DNA of 64,000 nucleotides. It comes from Phoronis australis (lineage: Eukaryota > Animalia > Phoronida). Within the stretch, counting starts at the first letter, position 1, and every line of letters begins with the position of its first letter. Under the pieces are notes generated by a model, which was not told where the DNA came from, did no database searches, and was given only the letters and a program-made list of their open reading frames with translations. Below are positions 13,001 to 25,059 of the stretch, in pieces. Location of the stretch: assembly GCA_002633005.1 (NCBI GenBank), contig NMRA01000413.1, forward strand, positions 175,251-239,250, given 5' to 3'. Both the position numbers and the translations under genes were made by a program.

Positions 13001-16000
13001 CAGGGCAGTAATTGTCAGCAACCAAGCATTGTTTAGAGGCACATAACCTTTAACTGCAATCATCAATGAATTTATATCATAGATTTAAAGTAAATGGTAA
13101 CAAAGGTACCAATTATTTTTAATAAAATTCTTTCGCTTGAAAGTAGCATATTTTGCTGAAAAATTATTTGTAGATGATGTTATAAGCACAAAAATCATTT
13201 TGGAAAAATGGGCAAGCAACTGGCTGTATTTCCTTTCTTTTCCTGAGTAATAATATACTCAGCACTGACAGTCGCGCAGTCATGATGCAACTATTTTTCT
13301 TGCCGCACAACTACAGCATGTCTGGATCAGTGACGCTGCTAAATTGCGCGGATCACGTCCATGTTTTTAAAGAACATAGTGAGCTCTGGCTTACTTCGTT
13401 TTCAAACAAAATCCTTACAAGAGAATTCGAGCAGCAGGGACACTGTTGGATGAACAACTTTCCCAACACATTTCGTATTAATGTCTGATTGTCTGCTGCC
13501 GAAGTTTATAAAACAAAAGCTAAATAATTACACTCAACAATGAATCAACTAAACATATCGATCACGTGTCATACCTAGGTGCCAAACACTTATCCAACAT
13601 GTCTTTCAACCACCACAAAGATTGCTTCGAAAGCAGAGAAACCCCTCCTCTTTACTTAACGAAACTTAAGCATATTCGCCCACACATCACTCGTATGTCC
13701 AAAATAGAATACTCATCTTCCACATGGAAACCAACCACTAAATAGGCATAAACGTCTCTTACACCTACTTACCTATCACTTCCCTGCTAAAAATCCTTAA
13801 GTGGCTAACTATACAAGACCGGAGGACTCAGATCAAGATCATTCATACTCGTATCCTCCACCCTTAAGTGGCCAACTATACAAGATCGGAGGACTCAGAT
13901 CAATGGCCAACTATACAAGACCGAAGGACTCAGATCAAGATCATTCATACTCGTATCTTCCACCTTTTGGTGTCCAACTATACAAGACCGGAGGACTCAG
14001 ATCAAGATCATTCACACTCATATCTCCCACCCTTTATCCCAATCTTCTCTTAAAAAATCAACACCTTACTTTCCAAAGACTGTACACTCCTGCCAAATCC
14101 TCCTTTCCGCCCGCCGTAGCTTTATAAAACCCCCTTCCCATGAGACTGCATCGGCACCATACGTCTCGGGACTTTTTATCACTCATTAAGACGTGTCCTG
14201 AAAGTGTTGTACTAACCATTCGTTATTTCATTGTTTGTAAACACCAGTTTTGGTTCCATGCACTCGTTACTACTAAACGATTTTAACATGCGCTAGTAAC
14301 ACGTAAGCGCCAAAGCTTTGACAGAGTATTGTGATCTAAAGAAGAAGACAGATGATATTGTCAAGTGTTATGTATCTGTTGATGAAGTTAGTTTGTTTCA
14401 ATTATTCCATAAAATTAATTTTCACCGATCACCTATTCTCTTAATTACGCACCTGAGTATAACGTGGACTGCGATGTAAGCAACGGTTTCAATGACTGCT
14501 GTAAGAGTGAAGTTTAAGAAGAGGTCGCCCGGAAACAGGGTTTGCACACTCAGAATCAGCCCCCAGTAAACCAGAGAGTTCACGAACCTATAAGTAAAAT
14601 CATGTCTGCTGGAACTAACGCAACTGAAACTATAGCATATATATTGCAGTTCATATTTGTCCGTGACAACACGTTATAATTACCAAGTAGTGTCGGCGCA
14701 TTCGTCAATATTTTTGGTTTTTATAGCCGATTACATTTCAGGAACTACATATATCTTTAATCTTTGGTTGACGAGAAGTCAAACGGAAAGAACAAAAGCA
14801 TGGGTATAACTGAAGAAGTGAACATCTATGGTTAGATCCAAATCACAAATTGGTATACTAACCTACATAGTAAATCAGCTTACAGTATTTACCAAGTAAT
14901 TGAAAGATTTGTTGTGACTTACGTAAATGTATATTTTGCAAATTTAGCTGAAATTTGTTAAATATAATGGGAATAACACCTATTGATAAAAATCTGTCAG
15001 TTTACTTAGCCTCGTTCCGCCCTCCAACGCGCGGTGTGGTTCGTACAAGTTCCTGACTGTATCGACTTCCTTATTTTGAAAAACACGTGAATTGACTAAA
15101 CTGATAGGTGTCCTGACTCTCGTACTTAAAAAAGTTGTAGTTTGATGCATAACTGGACTTTTGTTTATAACTTTAATATTTTATGAATAATTAATTATTT
15201 TAGATTTCCCATAAAGGGTATAATATGAGGGGAGGTATACAGTCGGTAGGATAACAATGGAATCGGTGCTGCTCATTTACAACTAACACCGGCCTAGTTT
15301 ACACGGGGAATGAGTTTATCAAGGTGTTGCCGTTACTGAGCGGACATACCACATACCACGTACCACACGAAGCACATTACTACTGAAATTGTCAACATCC
15401 GCCGGGAGTGCAATATGGCCCCCATGTTTTCTTTTCTCGGTTTCTGCTTTTTTGACGCGAAGCACACTCTTCTTAAGCGCTGGAAGATGCTGACATGCTG
15501 GCTAGCAGTACTTTCACGTTTAGTTTTGTTATTTTGTGAATCTGTATCATTTGAAGAAAGGCTGCTCTTCCAGTCGGCTTTATTGACGCTTTCCTCGGTC
15601 ATTGGCTTCAATTCTTCTTCCTCGTGAATCATTGGAATAGGCACTTTGTTAAAATTTGCAATTTTTGCAATCGTCTCTTTAGCGTCTTCTAATCGCCCAT
15701 TTGCTATTAACCATGGTATTGTTTCTGGAATCAACCTTCAAGGAAAGACAGATATTTTGAATCTATGATGCAATCTGAAACACCCTTAAATGTATCTTCT
15801 GAAAAAAAACATTCCCGTGTTAAGGAAATACTTTTACTGAGCGCTGAACACAAAGTAACACGGTAACAGGCGATAAAATCTGCGACATACTGGTTTTTAT
15901 AGTCTGGTTATCTAAACACCAACAATATAAAGTCGACTGCAGATAATAAAAACTTGGCCAGTTCAACTATTGCTGTGGCGATCTTCTGTATGGGTGACTA

Positions 16001-19000
16001 GCTGTAGACTACATGTCGTTTTGTTGCAGACCCCGAAAGCGCAATGACTATTTCAGTGAAGTTACAAGTACTCCGAGCCGGATTACTTAATTGTGAACAC
16101 TCAGTTTTTCACGATATGAGTCACACCAATAAAAAATTCATAGTATCCATTTATGCACATTCGTGGAACTTCTCTCGTCCAGATTGATTAAATTACGTTT
16201 AAAATCCACACACAATGTAGTGTACCATGCTTCCGAAGTAGTTTTACGGGCCTGCTCAGTCCCTTCATTGAAACAGTTGTCAAGAGTTTCGAAGTACAGT
16301 CGTGACAATTAACATGAGTCGTATATGCTTAGCCATCCATTTTGTGGTGCTAATAAACTCACCAAAACAACGCAAGGACAAAAAAGCCTGGTGCAGCACA
16401 AACCATCTGTAGATGGCGCCAGTTGCGTATGAAATATGCCAGAAACACCAACAGAAACATGAAGAAGCACCATACGTATTCAATGGCAACACCTGAGAAA
16501 CAAACACAACAAAGCAGGGCGTTAACATGCCGCCACGTTGTACAAACGAGCATAAATAGAAAGCTCCAAAACATGTGCAGTAGAAAATAGACGTACATGT
16601 ACACAAAGCCGCTCTCGCTACAATACCTAAAACAAACAAAAAACGAGTGAGAACCAACTAAGCGTTGTATATTTACAATCTGAGTGAGCCCTGTGGTTGT
16701 GTGGTATTCGAGCCTATGGTCGGTCCCATTTTCCATCACCGTAGCTCACCGGCGTACTAGACATTCTGATAGTATAACTTAGGATAAGCACATGCTCTGG
16801 CTCACCTGCAAACGTTCTGTACTCCATTGAAAACGATTCCATGCAGTATGCAAACCCCACACTTCCCTGCGAAAGGAAGAAAAAATGAGGGTCTCAGAAG
16901 TAACAAAACGAATGTTCATGATATTGTCTCATTGTGTATCTAGCACGGCCAATGATGTATGACACTGAACGGTGGGATACACTCAGACGCAAAATCATTT
17001 GATGTGGCGTTTACCACATTTTCAGCCGGTTGCGCTCGATTTGGCAATCTGCAGGTCGCCAATGCGACCTCAGATTTTGTCGCCACGAAGTCGCCATTGG
17101 GAGTATCAAAGTCAGACAATAATTCGCCCAAAATTCGTTTCAAAGTTTGTGTTGTCTTCCAAAGTTTAAATTGTAAACTGTTTTCCTAGATTTAATTAAC
17201 CTTTGGTTAACAACTGTTCTGTTTATTTCATGAAATCAGTGCATTTGTCACCACAGCAGTCAGCACACATCAAACGCGCTTGAATTACAAAAGTAGGTAA
17301 ACAGAGGGAAGTTTGGCAAAAACCAGGCAATATCTACGACACAAGCGCCTCCAGTGTATGCAATTGTCTGCGTTCTGTCTTCGTTGGCAGAAAGAAATGA
17401 GTTACTAATTGCATGATATATATATAAAGAGGTATGGGTAGGTTTCTGAGATTTTCGCCAAGTTTGCATTAGACAACTTGGCGTCAAGCTTGCTGTCGAG
17501 CACTGTGCTGGTTTGGCTTCACCAATATACACGCTGCAGCGCTCGATTTGGCAACGTTTTCTGTACAAAGTGTTCTATGATTTTGCATTACGGTGTTATG
17601 TATTTGCCAATACTGCGTGATTCAACTAAGGCACACTGATACAGTTCCCAGGATTTTTTGCAAGGGCGACTGCTTGAAATCAGTAGAAATTCTCGGCGAC
17701 TGTATTCGATCATTGTCCCAATCTGCACATCACTAGGACGTGGTGGCTTTCGCCTAATGAAGTGGCTTAAAGTAACAATTAATAGATAAAACAGCAGTGC
17801 CTGTCTCAGAGCAAGAACGTACTAGTTTGGTGAAAAGCATGCATTTCGACTTGTTGTCTATTCAGAGCACGCTGGACATTCAGTGTTAGGTTACTTATGG
17901 CTCATTTCAGTTCCGGCTAGAAGCGAAGGAGCTTCCTCATTTTGTTGTCCTCCAATAATAGCGCCTATGTGATGGGAAAATTGAGAATGCGTCCTCTCAA
18001 CAAGATGACTATACCTCGACAGAAATTTTCTGCGGCAGGTCTGGCAATTGGGCTGAATTGGTGGATTCGAGACGAGTTGAACATCACTTCCAGGGTGTAA
18101 AATCATAACTTCCGTTCCTGAAGGTGGTTGAGTATCACTTTCAAGGTAGTAGAAACTCCCGACGATTGTATTAGATTTGCCCTCCACTGAGATCTAGTGG
18201 CTTTCGCCCAATGAAGAGGCTAAGTAACGATCAGAGAACTGTGCTGTCCGTCCCAGCACATTAACGTACTAGTTCGGTGAAGATCATGTTATTCGGCATG
18301 GTGTCTACTCACCGCACGCTGGAGATACAGGGTTAGGTTACTTATGGTTCATTTCAGATCCGGCTAGACGCGAAAGAGAAGAGAGAGACCAAAACAGGGA
18401 CCGTGTCAATGATTCTGGTGACTGTGAAAAGAGTTCTTCAAGAGCTTTCTCGTCAACGTATTGGTTGGGATGATGCGCTTGACGAGGTAATATAGTCACA
18501 GTGGATTGATTAGTAAGATGATATAACCCATAGTCCATTCCAAATATTTTCAACGACATTTGATACGTGATCAAACGTGAATTTCCCACTTCATACCACA
18601 GTGTGTGTTGTGAGCTACCTTGTTTTGCTCTCTTCTGATAATAGCGCCTTTGTGATGGAGAAAGTCCTCGCCACAAGATGACCACACATCGACTGGAATT
18701 TTCCGTTGCAGCTGTGGCAGTTGGGCTGAGTAATTAGATTCAAGGCCAGTTGAAAATCACTTTCATGCTGGAAGTAATATAGTCCTATAAATTTCAAGAA
18801 GGTTCAAATAAAACCACCACTTTCGTTCCTGGAGGTGGCACTGCGTCAGCCATGTAGGAGCTGCTTTGTTCTTGTTTTCATCATGGCAACGCTTGTTAGA
18901 AGCAGTCGGCTGGATAACGCCACTTAGTCTTGCTTTTTGCAGTAAGCTCGACTAATCCCTAGTCAAACTCACTCGAGAGGTCTGTTGCTGAGATGAGATT

Positions 19001-22000
19001 TGATGGGCAAGAATTTATGCGTTCTTTTCAGGAATCTAACCTCCGTACTGGAGTTCCAAAGAAGACAAAAGCAAGCTGTAGTCGCTGAACCCTGTGCTGT
19101 CAGATGGCTAGTTGCATGGCGGCGACACACTTCGCAGTGATCCGTGAAGCATTCCTTGATTTTTCAGCACTGGAGAACGGTCACGACGAAGTAATGCATA
19201 TCCCTACCTTCACCTTTGAGACCGAGGACATTTTGAAATCCAGGCCTATCATTTCGATTAGTTAAATTCTTGCATAATAGAGAACCTCTGACTCCAAATT
19301 ATCCGTTGCTTCTGTGATCCACTGGTGTTTCCGGTGATTCCGGCTTATATAGTTTGTGTAGGTGGCGTCATTCACAATACTTGGCTGGACAATTTTAGGC
19401 GAGGTGAAGTAGAGAGTATTTGTCGGTTCTGCAGCTTCATCAGAAATCTATCACCTCGAGAAGTTTGGAAATTGGTGGCATTGCATACACGGTGGACACA
19501 ATTAAAGCGACAAAGGTACACCGACGTGCAGTTTTCAACAAGTGTACGTGTACACTGACAATTATTGTTTGCGTTTGTCGGGTTTGCTGGGCCTAGATTA
19601 TTCAGAAGTTAGACCAAACTATATTCTTGTGTGAATCGTCACTTGAATCTTATATACATGTATTAGTTAACGGTGGTAAATCATTGCTTCTTACCATTCT
19701 AAATTGATTTTGAATGATTTGGAACCAAAACTAGGTAGCATTTTACAAAGGCTTCAATTTTTCAACGAACATGTTTATAAGCGATCGAAATTAACTTTGA
19801 CACAAGTAGTCTATCTTACAATCACAGGTTGAATCTACCTTGTATAGGCCTACTAAAGTGCAAGCTTAGACGTGCACTTCATAGTAATCTAGAACTATCA
19901 CAGTCTGTAAGTTTTTGGGTTTTACGGTTTGTATTCATGTCTTGTTTTGTCTTTCAAGTTGAACCTAAGATACAATACATGTACATGGTTGATTCGAGTT
20001 TATATGGGGTTTATTGTTGCGAGTCTGACCCTTGGTTGTGGTATTCCTTAGATTATTACACAGTTTGCTGTTTCATTTGGAATCTCTCAATCTCGGTTTA
20101 GTGTGTGGTATTTTTTGTCTAAGTAAACTTGTTCTTTGTAACAAGAAACTAAGGTGTATTTTTATTTCCAGACATGCCCTATCTATCGTACACTGAATCC
20201 TGGCTGCAACCCCTTATAACATTGTGAGTTAGACGAGGGACATCTGAAACTTTGAGAAGCTGAAGGAAAGTATGGCCGTACTGTTGTCTTAAGAGTTTTT
20301 AAAATTTTAACCGCGATCATGAGAGACCGACGAAGGCGGCAATTTTTGCTGTATTTTAGTTCTTTACCTAATGACTATTGCCGTACCAACTTACCGTTGT
20401 CGAAGCATTCTGTGGACGAAAACTTATTTGGCAAGGGAAGGCAACCAACTCCGACGAGCGTCTTTGTCACACACCGCAAAAATTCCTACCACGCAACCTG
20501 AACTCTGGCATTCCCATCATACAAAATTGTGTGCAAGGAACAGAAAAAATAATGCACAGAGAATGGGTCACACATTTTGGTCACTTGCACAAAAAAATCT
20601 GCGGGTAAGAGTATGTGAGTGTTGTTGGATTTCAGGTTCCGTGGTAAAGTTTTTGCGCGGGGTAAGAGATTTTGTGGTAAGGGTGCGCACACGAATACGA
20701 TAGGTCATTTGCCGTCTGCCGCATTGTGCCGTTGTTGATAACATTAGAACCATAAAACAACTTACCCTGCTGAAAAATCCTGTGAAAAATCTCATCACAC
20801 TAAAGGCAGCTGCGCTCTGCACAAAACTCGTCGCCATGGAAAGTATCGAGAGTAGAAAGACCGGCAGTATCAAAACGGGTTTCCGGCCAAAGCGATCTGC
20901 TAACAAGCTTAATACGATTGACCCACAGATGGAGCCACCAGTGAACACCGACTGAGCCAGGTCGGGGAGGTAATCACGATCACACACGAGATCAAACTGA
21001 AATCAAAGCAAAACTGAGTACTTAAGATGTGTTAAATAGTCGAAAATCCTTACTACATGCACAAGCCCTTGTAATGGAAGGTTTCATTCAATACCCTACG
21101 TCCTCGCTTCTTTTGAGATTCAAGCATCTTTTTGAGAAAAATCACCAGACAAGCTGGTCTCGTAATCTTTCAGCTACATTTACGTTGTGTTACCGGACTT
21201 GGTCAGCCAATGTGATTTTTGGGCTGCTGGTTGCAGTTGGGAAGACAGAACCACAACACTAAGGACCATCTAATAAACGGATCGCGTTCGGTCGTGTGTG
21301 ATGTACTCAATAATGATAAACAAGGTTTTCCCTATTCTTGATGGATTACATGTTATTGAAATATTGAAAAATATACATATGGCCATAGGCCGTACATTTC
21401 ATGTCGCTACATGATCACATGCTGGCCCCTGTGAGCTTATTTCACCAAGCGATCAAATTTCCGGAAAGTTCAGAATTGTCAATATTTTTCTTGCAAGACA
21501 TAGAAAAAGGCTTTAAATCTTGGAATGTAACGTCGCGTTTGGCTGGTTGAGGAACTAAAATTTGAAGTCACGTTTGGCCATTAATTGACGGCTATAATGG
21601 GTAGGTTTCGTTGACGGGCTTTCTATGCTGGCCTTAATTAGCACACCACATCAGTGCATTACGGTTTTACTAATTTTGTGACCAGGGACTGAAACTAAAT
21701 GTGGGCCTAATTTGTAAATAAATTTTGATTTTCGTAACAAAGCAAAGTCTTAAACAGTGTGTTTCAATTCAAGACAGAACATGTACACCAGAGTACGTTC
21801 AATCTACAAGGCGAAAACAATGTGGATTGGGTAACGATCTGTATCAACTAAAATTGTCACAAGGAGGCGCATCGCAATTCGGAACCATCGGTAGGCAACT
21901 GCCGTCTTCTGTTGTCCGATAGCATTACACATGGACTGCGTTCCGTAGTCCCAACAAGCTGGCCAAAAAGTAACATAACACAAGGTCATGGACAGGCACT

Positions 22001-24487
22001 CTAGTGTTTCGCGAGTAAGCTCGAGACCACTGGAGTGATTGGTTGGTGAGGTTGGAATGTTGAATTGTGGGATAGAATTCATGAATTGTGGGGTAGAACT
22101 TATGGTTTCATTCCATAAGCGAGACATTTGAAACTTCAAAATGTCTTGAGTGTTTGGAATGCAGGCATGCTTGTTTCAATAAAAATTCGTCGAGGAAGAT
22201 ACAGTGTCAGCAAAAAAAAATTAGTTTAAGGTAGCACAAGGTTAGGGTTCTGAGTCGTTATCGGTCGAGCCTAAACGTCAGCTATGCAACCACACACAGG
22301 AATCTTCAAAATTTAAAAATATTCCTTTATGCGATTTGGCAGATAATTAAATTGCAACTAAGTGCAGGTTCTAACCCGAGGTGGGCACACCAGCCAAATT
22401 TCTTTGAACTTGATCGTGAAACTTAGTAGATATTTAGGTAAAAGCAGAGAAAACTAGGGGCGCACTGCATATCGAATCCGTCATGAATTGGGTCAGTGTC
22501 ATCAGAAACATTTTTGCAAAATTTAAGGAAACTTGATAGACGTTGAGAACGAAAGAAAAATAATAAATACAATTGCCACTAGAGAAAGCAGCACAGGTCA
22601 GATCAGTGATAGAAACACAACCGCAAAATCCCATCAAAATTGGTTTATGAGCTTTTTAGATATTGATACAGAAGGAAAGAAAACGAAAACTAAAATATCC
22701 AATAGCAGACACTGCACTAATATATATCCACAAATTGCCAGACCAACAATACTCAATAGATTTGCAACATCTCAAGTCGATCTTTCAAGCGGTTTGGCCA
22801 ATAGAGAAACGAATGCTAAAACAAACACTAAACATGCGCACACCCTGGGGTGGGGCTCGGGGGGGCTCGAACGAGCCACCACCCATTTGGCGAAGAGGGC
22901 CAAAAGGTCTGCCTCTGAGAAACAAAAAGTCCGAGAAAATGAGACAAAAGTCCACCAACAAACGCGCAATTCACTCTGGTGCGCCGGTTTTTTTTTAGTC
23001 CGTCAGCTTTTTTGTTACCAAAAGGTGCACATCGTTAGAAATTCGAGCCCCCCACATTGAAGACTGGGTGCGCGCATGCTAAAATGCTAGAATTGCCACT
23101 GACGGGGACAGGAAAATGCAGGTCCGTCCGAGAATAATCAGTCGCCATAAGATTTTCTTCTGAATAGAAAGGTATCTGTCACGTTACATAGAAATCCGTC
23201 TAGACACTTTGTACATATGGAGGCAGACGCAAGCAAAATTAAAATTGCCACAAAAACCAGTTAGAAATATCCTACGCAATTTAATTATGTATTTAAGGCC
23301 TACCTCGCTGATGATAGTTTGAGCTTCTTTGGAATATTCCCAACCGGAAGTACACATGACCTTAGACCCATTTTCACTATATATGAGACACTGTGAGAGG
23401 GTCCCTGTTTCGTTGTTCCAAGGTATACTGTCGTTGACGGTGGTATTAGCTGGAATCTTGCAGTGATGTGGAGTTTGGGCACCTGTAGATGTAGTTGCAA
23501 AGCTTATTAAAATTGTTTGCGACGTACATGTAGTGCAGAAAGCAAATTCAAGTTGCTTGCTTGAAAGCTTTCTCTTGAGCCCCTGACTTACGGAATACAT
23601 TGTATAAGGTTTAAATGGCCGCCAGTCATCACAATTTTCACCTCGGTCGCTCCACCCCTGTCCCCCCGATCGCAACTGAGTTATCGAGCTACACCTAGAC
23701 ACGTATAGTAACATGTCCGTGAACAGGAATTTACAGACTCGGACGATTTACACATCCATACCACATATACATGTATCCTAATTATTATGTGCTTCATAAT
23801 TGTATTATAATCAAATTGCACGTTGAGCTGCAATGGTGACGCCACCATATGGGTAAAAAGAGGACGTCCTTCCCCTGCTAATCATTTGAGGACTAACACT
23901 TGGTAGGCCAGTCATGCAATTTGCTTATGTACCTCCGCGAAAGAGGAAGTACAGCTGAGAATGGTCCAATTTGGACTGTCGTGGCGTTACAACCGTAGTC
24001 GCGACTGCAACACAGGACTTCACGAAATATCACCCTGCCTCGTCCCTTAAGGCGTTGTCGGGTTTAGCGATTTGAGGCCTTCAATGGCTCAGCCGATCAG
24101 CGCTATCTTGAGGCATGGAGACAAGGCTGTGTATCACCATGTATTACAAGAGAAACATTTGGCCACATAAGTTTGACAAAAATGTCATACATCAGGGCAC
24201 ACAGATCATCACCGTAAGTTGATACTGACGGGATCTCGTACTGTTAGGCCAATAAAGGGCATGTTCCAGTGCGAGAACACTTGATTAGATGTGTAAATTT
24301 CCAGACGCTTCGTATTAAGCGAAAAAATGCAAGCTGACCACCTACCTATAAATACAACTATAATGGTGCTGAGTGCAAAAGCACTGGCGGCAAAAAACGA
24401 AGCTGCGATGTATATAATAATCTGGTATCGTCTGTAACCACCGATCGCAGCCATCACTCGGTCTATCTCTTTGTCCGTTACCGTCAT
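6917..24487 (-). CDS. SLC22-family (organic cation/anion transporter-like, MFS) gene, 11 coding exons, 569 aa
   Basis: Exons 24346-24487, 23304-23482, 20766-20996, 16806-16866, 16363-16492, 15364-15735, 14453-14587, 10892-10977, 9545-9665, 8813-8885, 6917-7096. All introns are GT-AG, the phases chain, and the total is 1710 nt. Motifs: Cys/N-glycan loop 1 (HHC...C...C.SGWEY...TIISEFDLVC), LADRFGRKP, WLIPETIPWL, EVFPTNLR, LPDT..RPLPETIQD. Confidence 0.93.
8813..8885 (-). CDS. SLC22-like exon 10 (TM11)
   Basis: TSGMGVASAFADAGSVIAPFTGTV|gtaag. Confidence 0.9.
9545..9665 (-). CDS. SLC22-like exon 9
   Basis: KFGICGSFATIYVFTPEVFPTNLR|gtaaa. Confidence 0.92.
10892..10977 (-). CDS. SLC22-like exon 8
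   Basis: (R)HGRQKPLIAFHVIAGILLICATFVPKTT|gtaag. Confidence 0.87.
11162..11331. repeat. Minisatellite, 5 x 34 bp, palindromic unit
   Basis: Unit AAGGAAAACTCTGTGGTAATCACAGAGTATCTAA, period 34; contains an ACTCTGTG/CACAGAGT inverted repeat. Confidence 0.95.
13567..14322 (+). mobile_element. Probable solo LTR
   Basis: Starts TGTCA, carries tandem repeats, TATAAAA at 14123, and ends in GTAACA (14301) or TGACA (14322). No clear TSD. Confidence 0.4.
13801..14032. repeat. Tandem repeat, ~67 bp unit (3 full + 1 partial)
   Basis: Repeated aactatacaagaccggaggactcagatcaagatcattca. Confidence 0.9.
14453..14587 (-). CDS. SLC22-like exon 7
   Basis: FVNSLVYWGL...GDLFLNF...IE; not in the ORF track. Confidence 0.9.
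15364..15735 (-). CDS. SLC22-like exon 6 (central cytoplasmic loop)
   Basis: WLIPETIPWLIANGR...MCFVW|gtacg. Confidence 0.9.
16363..16492 (-). CDS. SLC22-like exon 5
   Basis: LAYFIRNWRHLQ motif, acceptor tctcag, donor gtgag. Confidence 0.92.
16806..16866 (-). CDS. SLC22-like exon 4
   Basis: tcgcag|GSVGFAYCMESFSMEYRTFAG|gtgag, phase 0 to 1. Confidence 0.85.
17743..18840 (-). pseudogene. Decayed intronless ORF made of duplicated Cys/His units
   Basis: Direct duplication 17743-~18130 versus 18197-18840. Both copies read QPNC..C..KF....HLV.RT on the minus strand and contain stops and frameshifts. Confidence 0.5.
20766..20996 (-). CDS. SLC22-like exon 3
   Basis: FDLVCDRD...LADRFGRKP...RFFTGFFSR|gtaag. 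Confidence 0.93.
22833..23078 (+). mobile_element. hAT-like MITE (CATGCGC(GC)ACCC termini); other copies at 29297-29544, 44345-44621 (inverted), 51297-51472
   Basis: TIR catgcgcaccc...gggtgcgcgcatg and shared internal aaacaaaaagtcc..aaaa.gagacaaaagtccac. Confidence 0.75.
23304..23482 (-). CDS. SLC22-like exon 2 (extracellular loop)
   Basis: ctacag|...PHHCKIP...CTSGWEY...TIISE|gtagg. Confidence 0.9.
24346..24487 (-). CDS. SLC22-like exon 1 (start codon, TM1)
   Basis: MTVTDKEIDRVMAAIGGYRRYQ...VVFIG, donor gtaggt. An acceptor (tttcag) 12 nt upstream of the ATG implies a non-coding upstream exon. Confidence 0.88.
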
Positions 24488-25059
24488 TTTGAAAAGTATC
24501 TGAAACATAAACATGTATTGAAAGGCATATTTATATTGATAAGAAATATTCTGGCAGAATTTATGTGGACCTCTATGTACTGATCATCACAGACTTTTCT
24601 GAAATGTGTGATGTGTTAGGTTACGTTAGAGATATGCACCGAGCGACCTTAATTTCTGGTCAACTCCTTTTTTCAATTTGATGCTGACACTGCAAAGTTG
24701 ACTGTTTTCTACATCTTAGAGTGAAGTCTTCAGATTAAGAGCCATCCAACTTGATAATCAAAAGAAATGAAATGTAACTCTAGGGTTCATATTTGAGATG
24801 TGTTTGTGCATGTATGTCATCATGGTGTGGCTCTGATACAAAACTCACCAAGTTTACATTTATTGACCTCTACAATTTTACTTATAAGCATTCAAAGGAT
24901 CACAAGATGTTACGATTTTGCAGACCTAAAACAATAACATTTCATTATCAAAAACAGGTAGATCCCATGCATTTAGAGAAGACACTTAAAGGGATTGGTA
25001 TCTCATGCGTAAGGACTCTCAAGTATAATTGATACAGATTATATCGATGCATCCATCAA

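Noticed and set aside
13801-14127. Repetitive ORF MANYTRPEDSDQDHS
   Set aside because: It is a translation of a non-triplet tandem repeat from a GTG start.
17743-17775. tttcgcc..atgaag motif (also at 18197) as a hammerhead
   Set aside because: The core elements are not in a valid order on either strand.
22533-23060. 175-aa plus-strand ORF
   Set aside because: TTG start, runs through a MITE, and has no recognisable domain.
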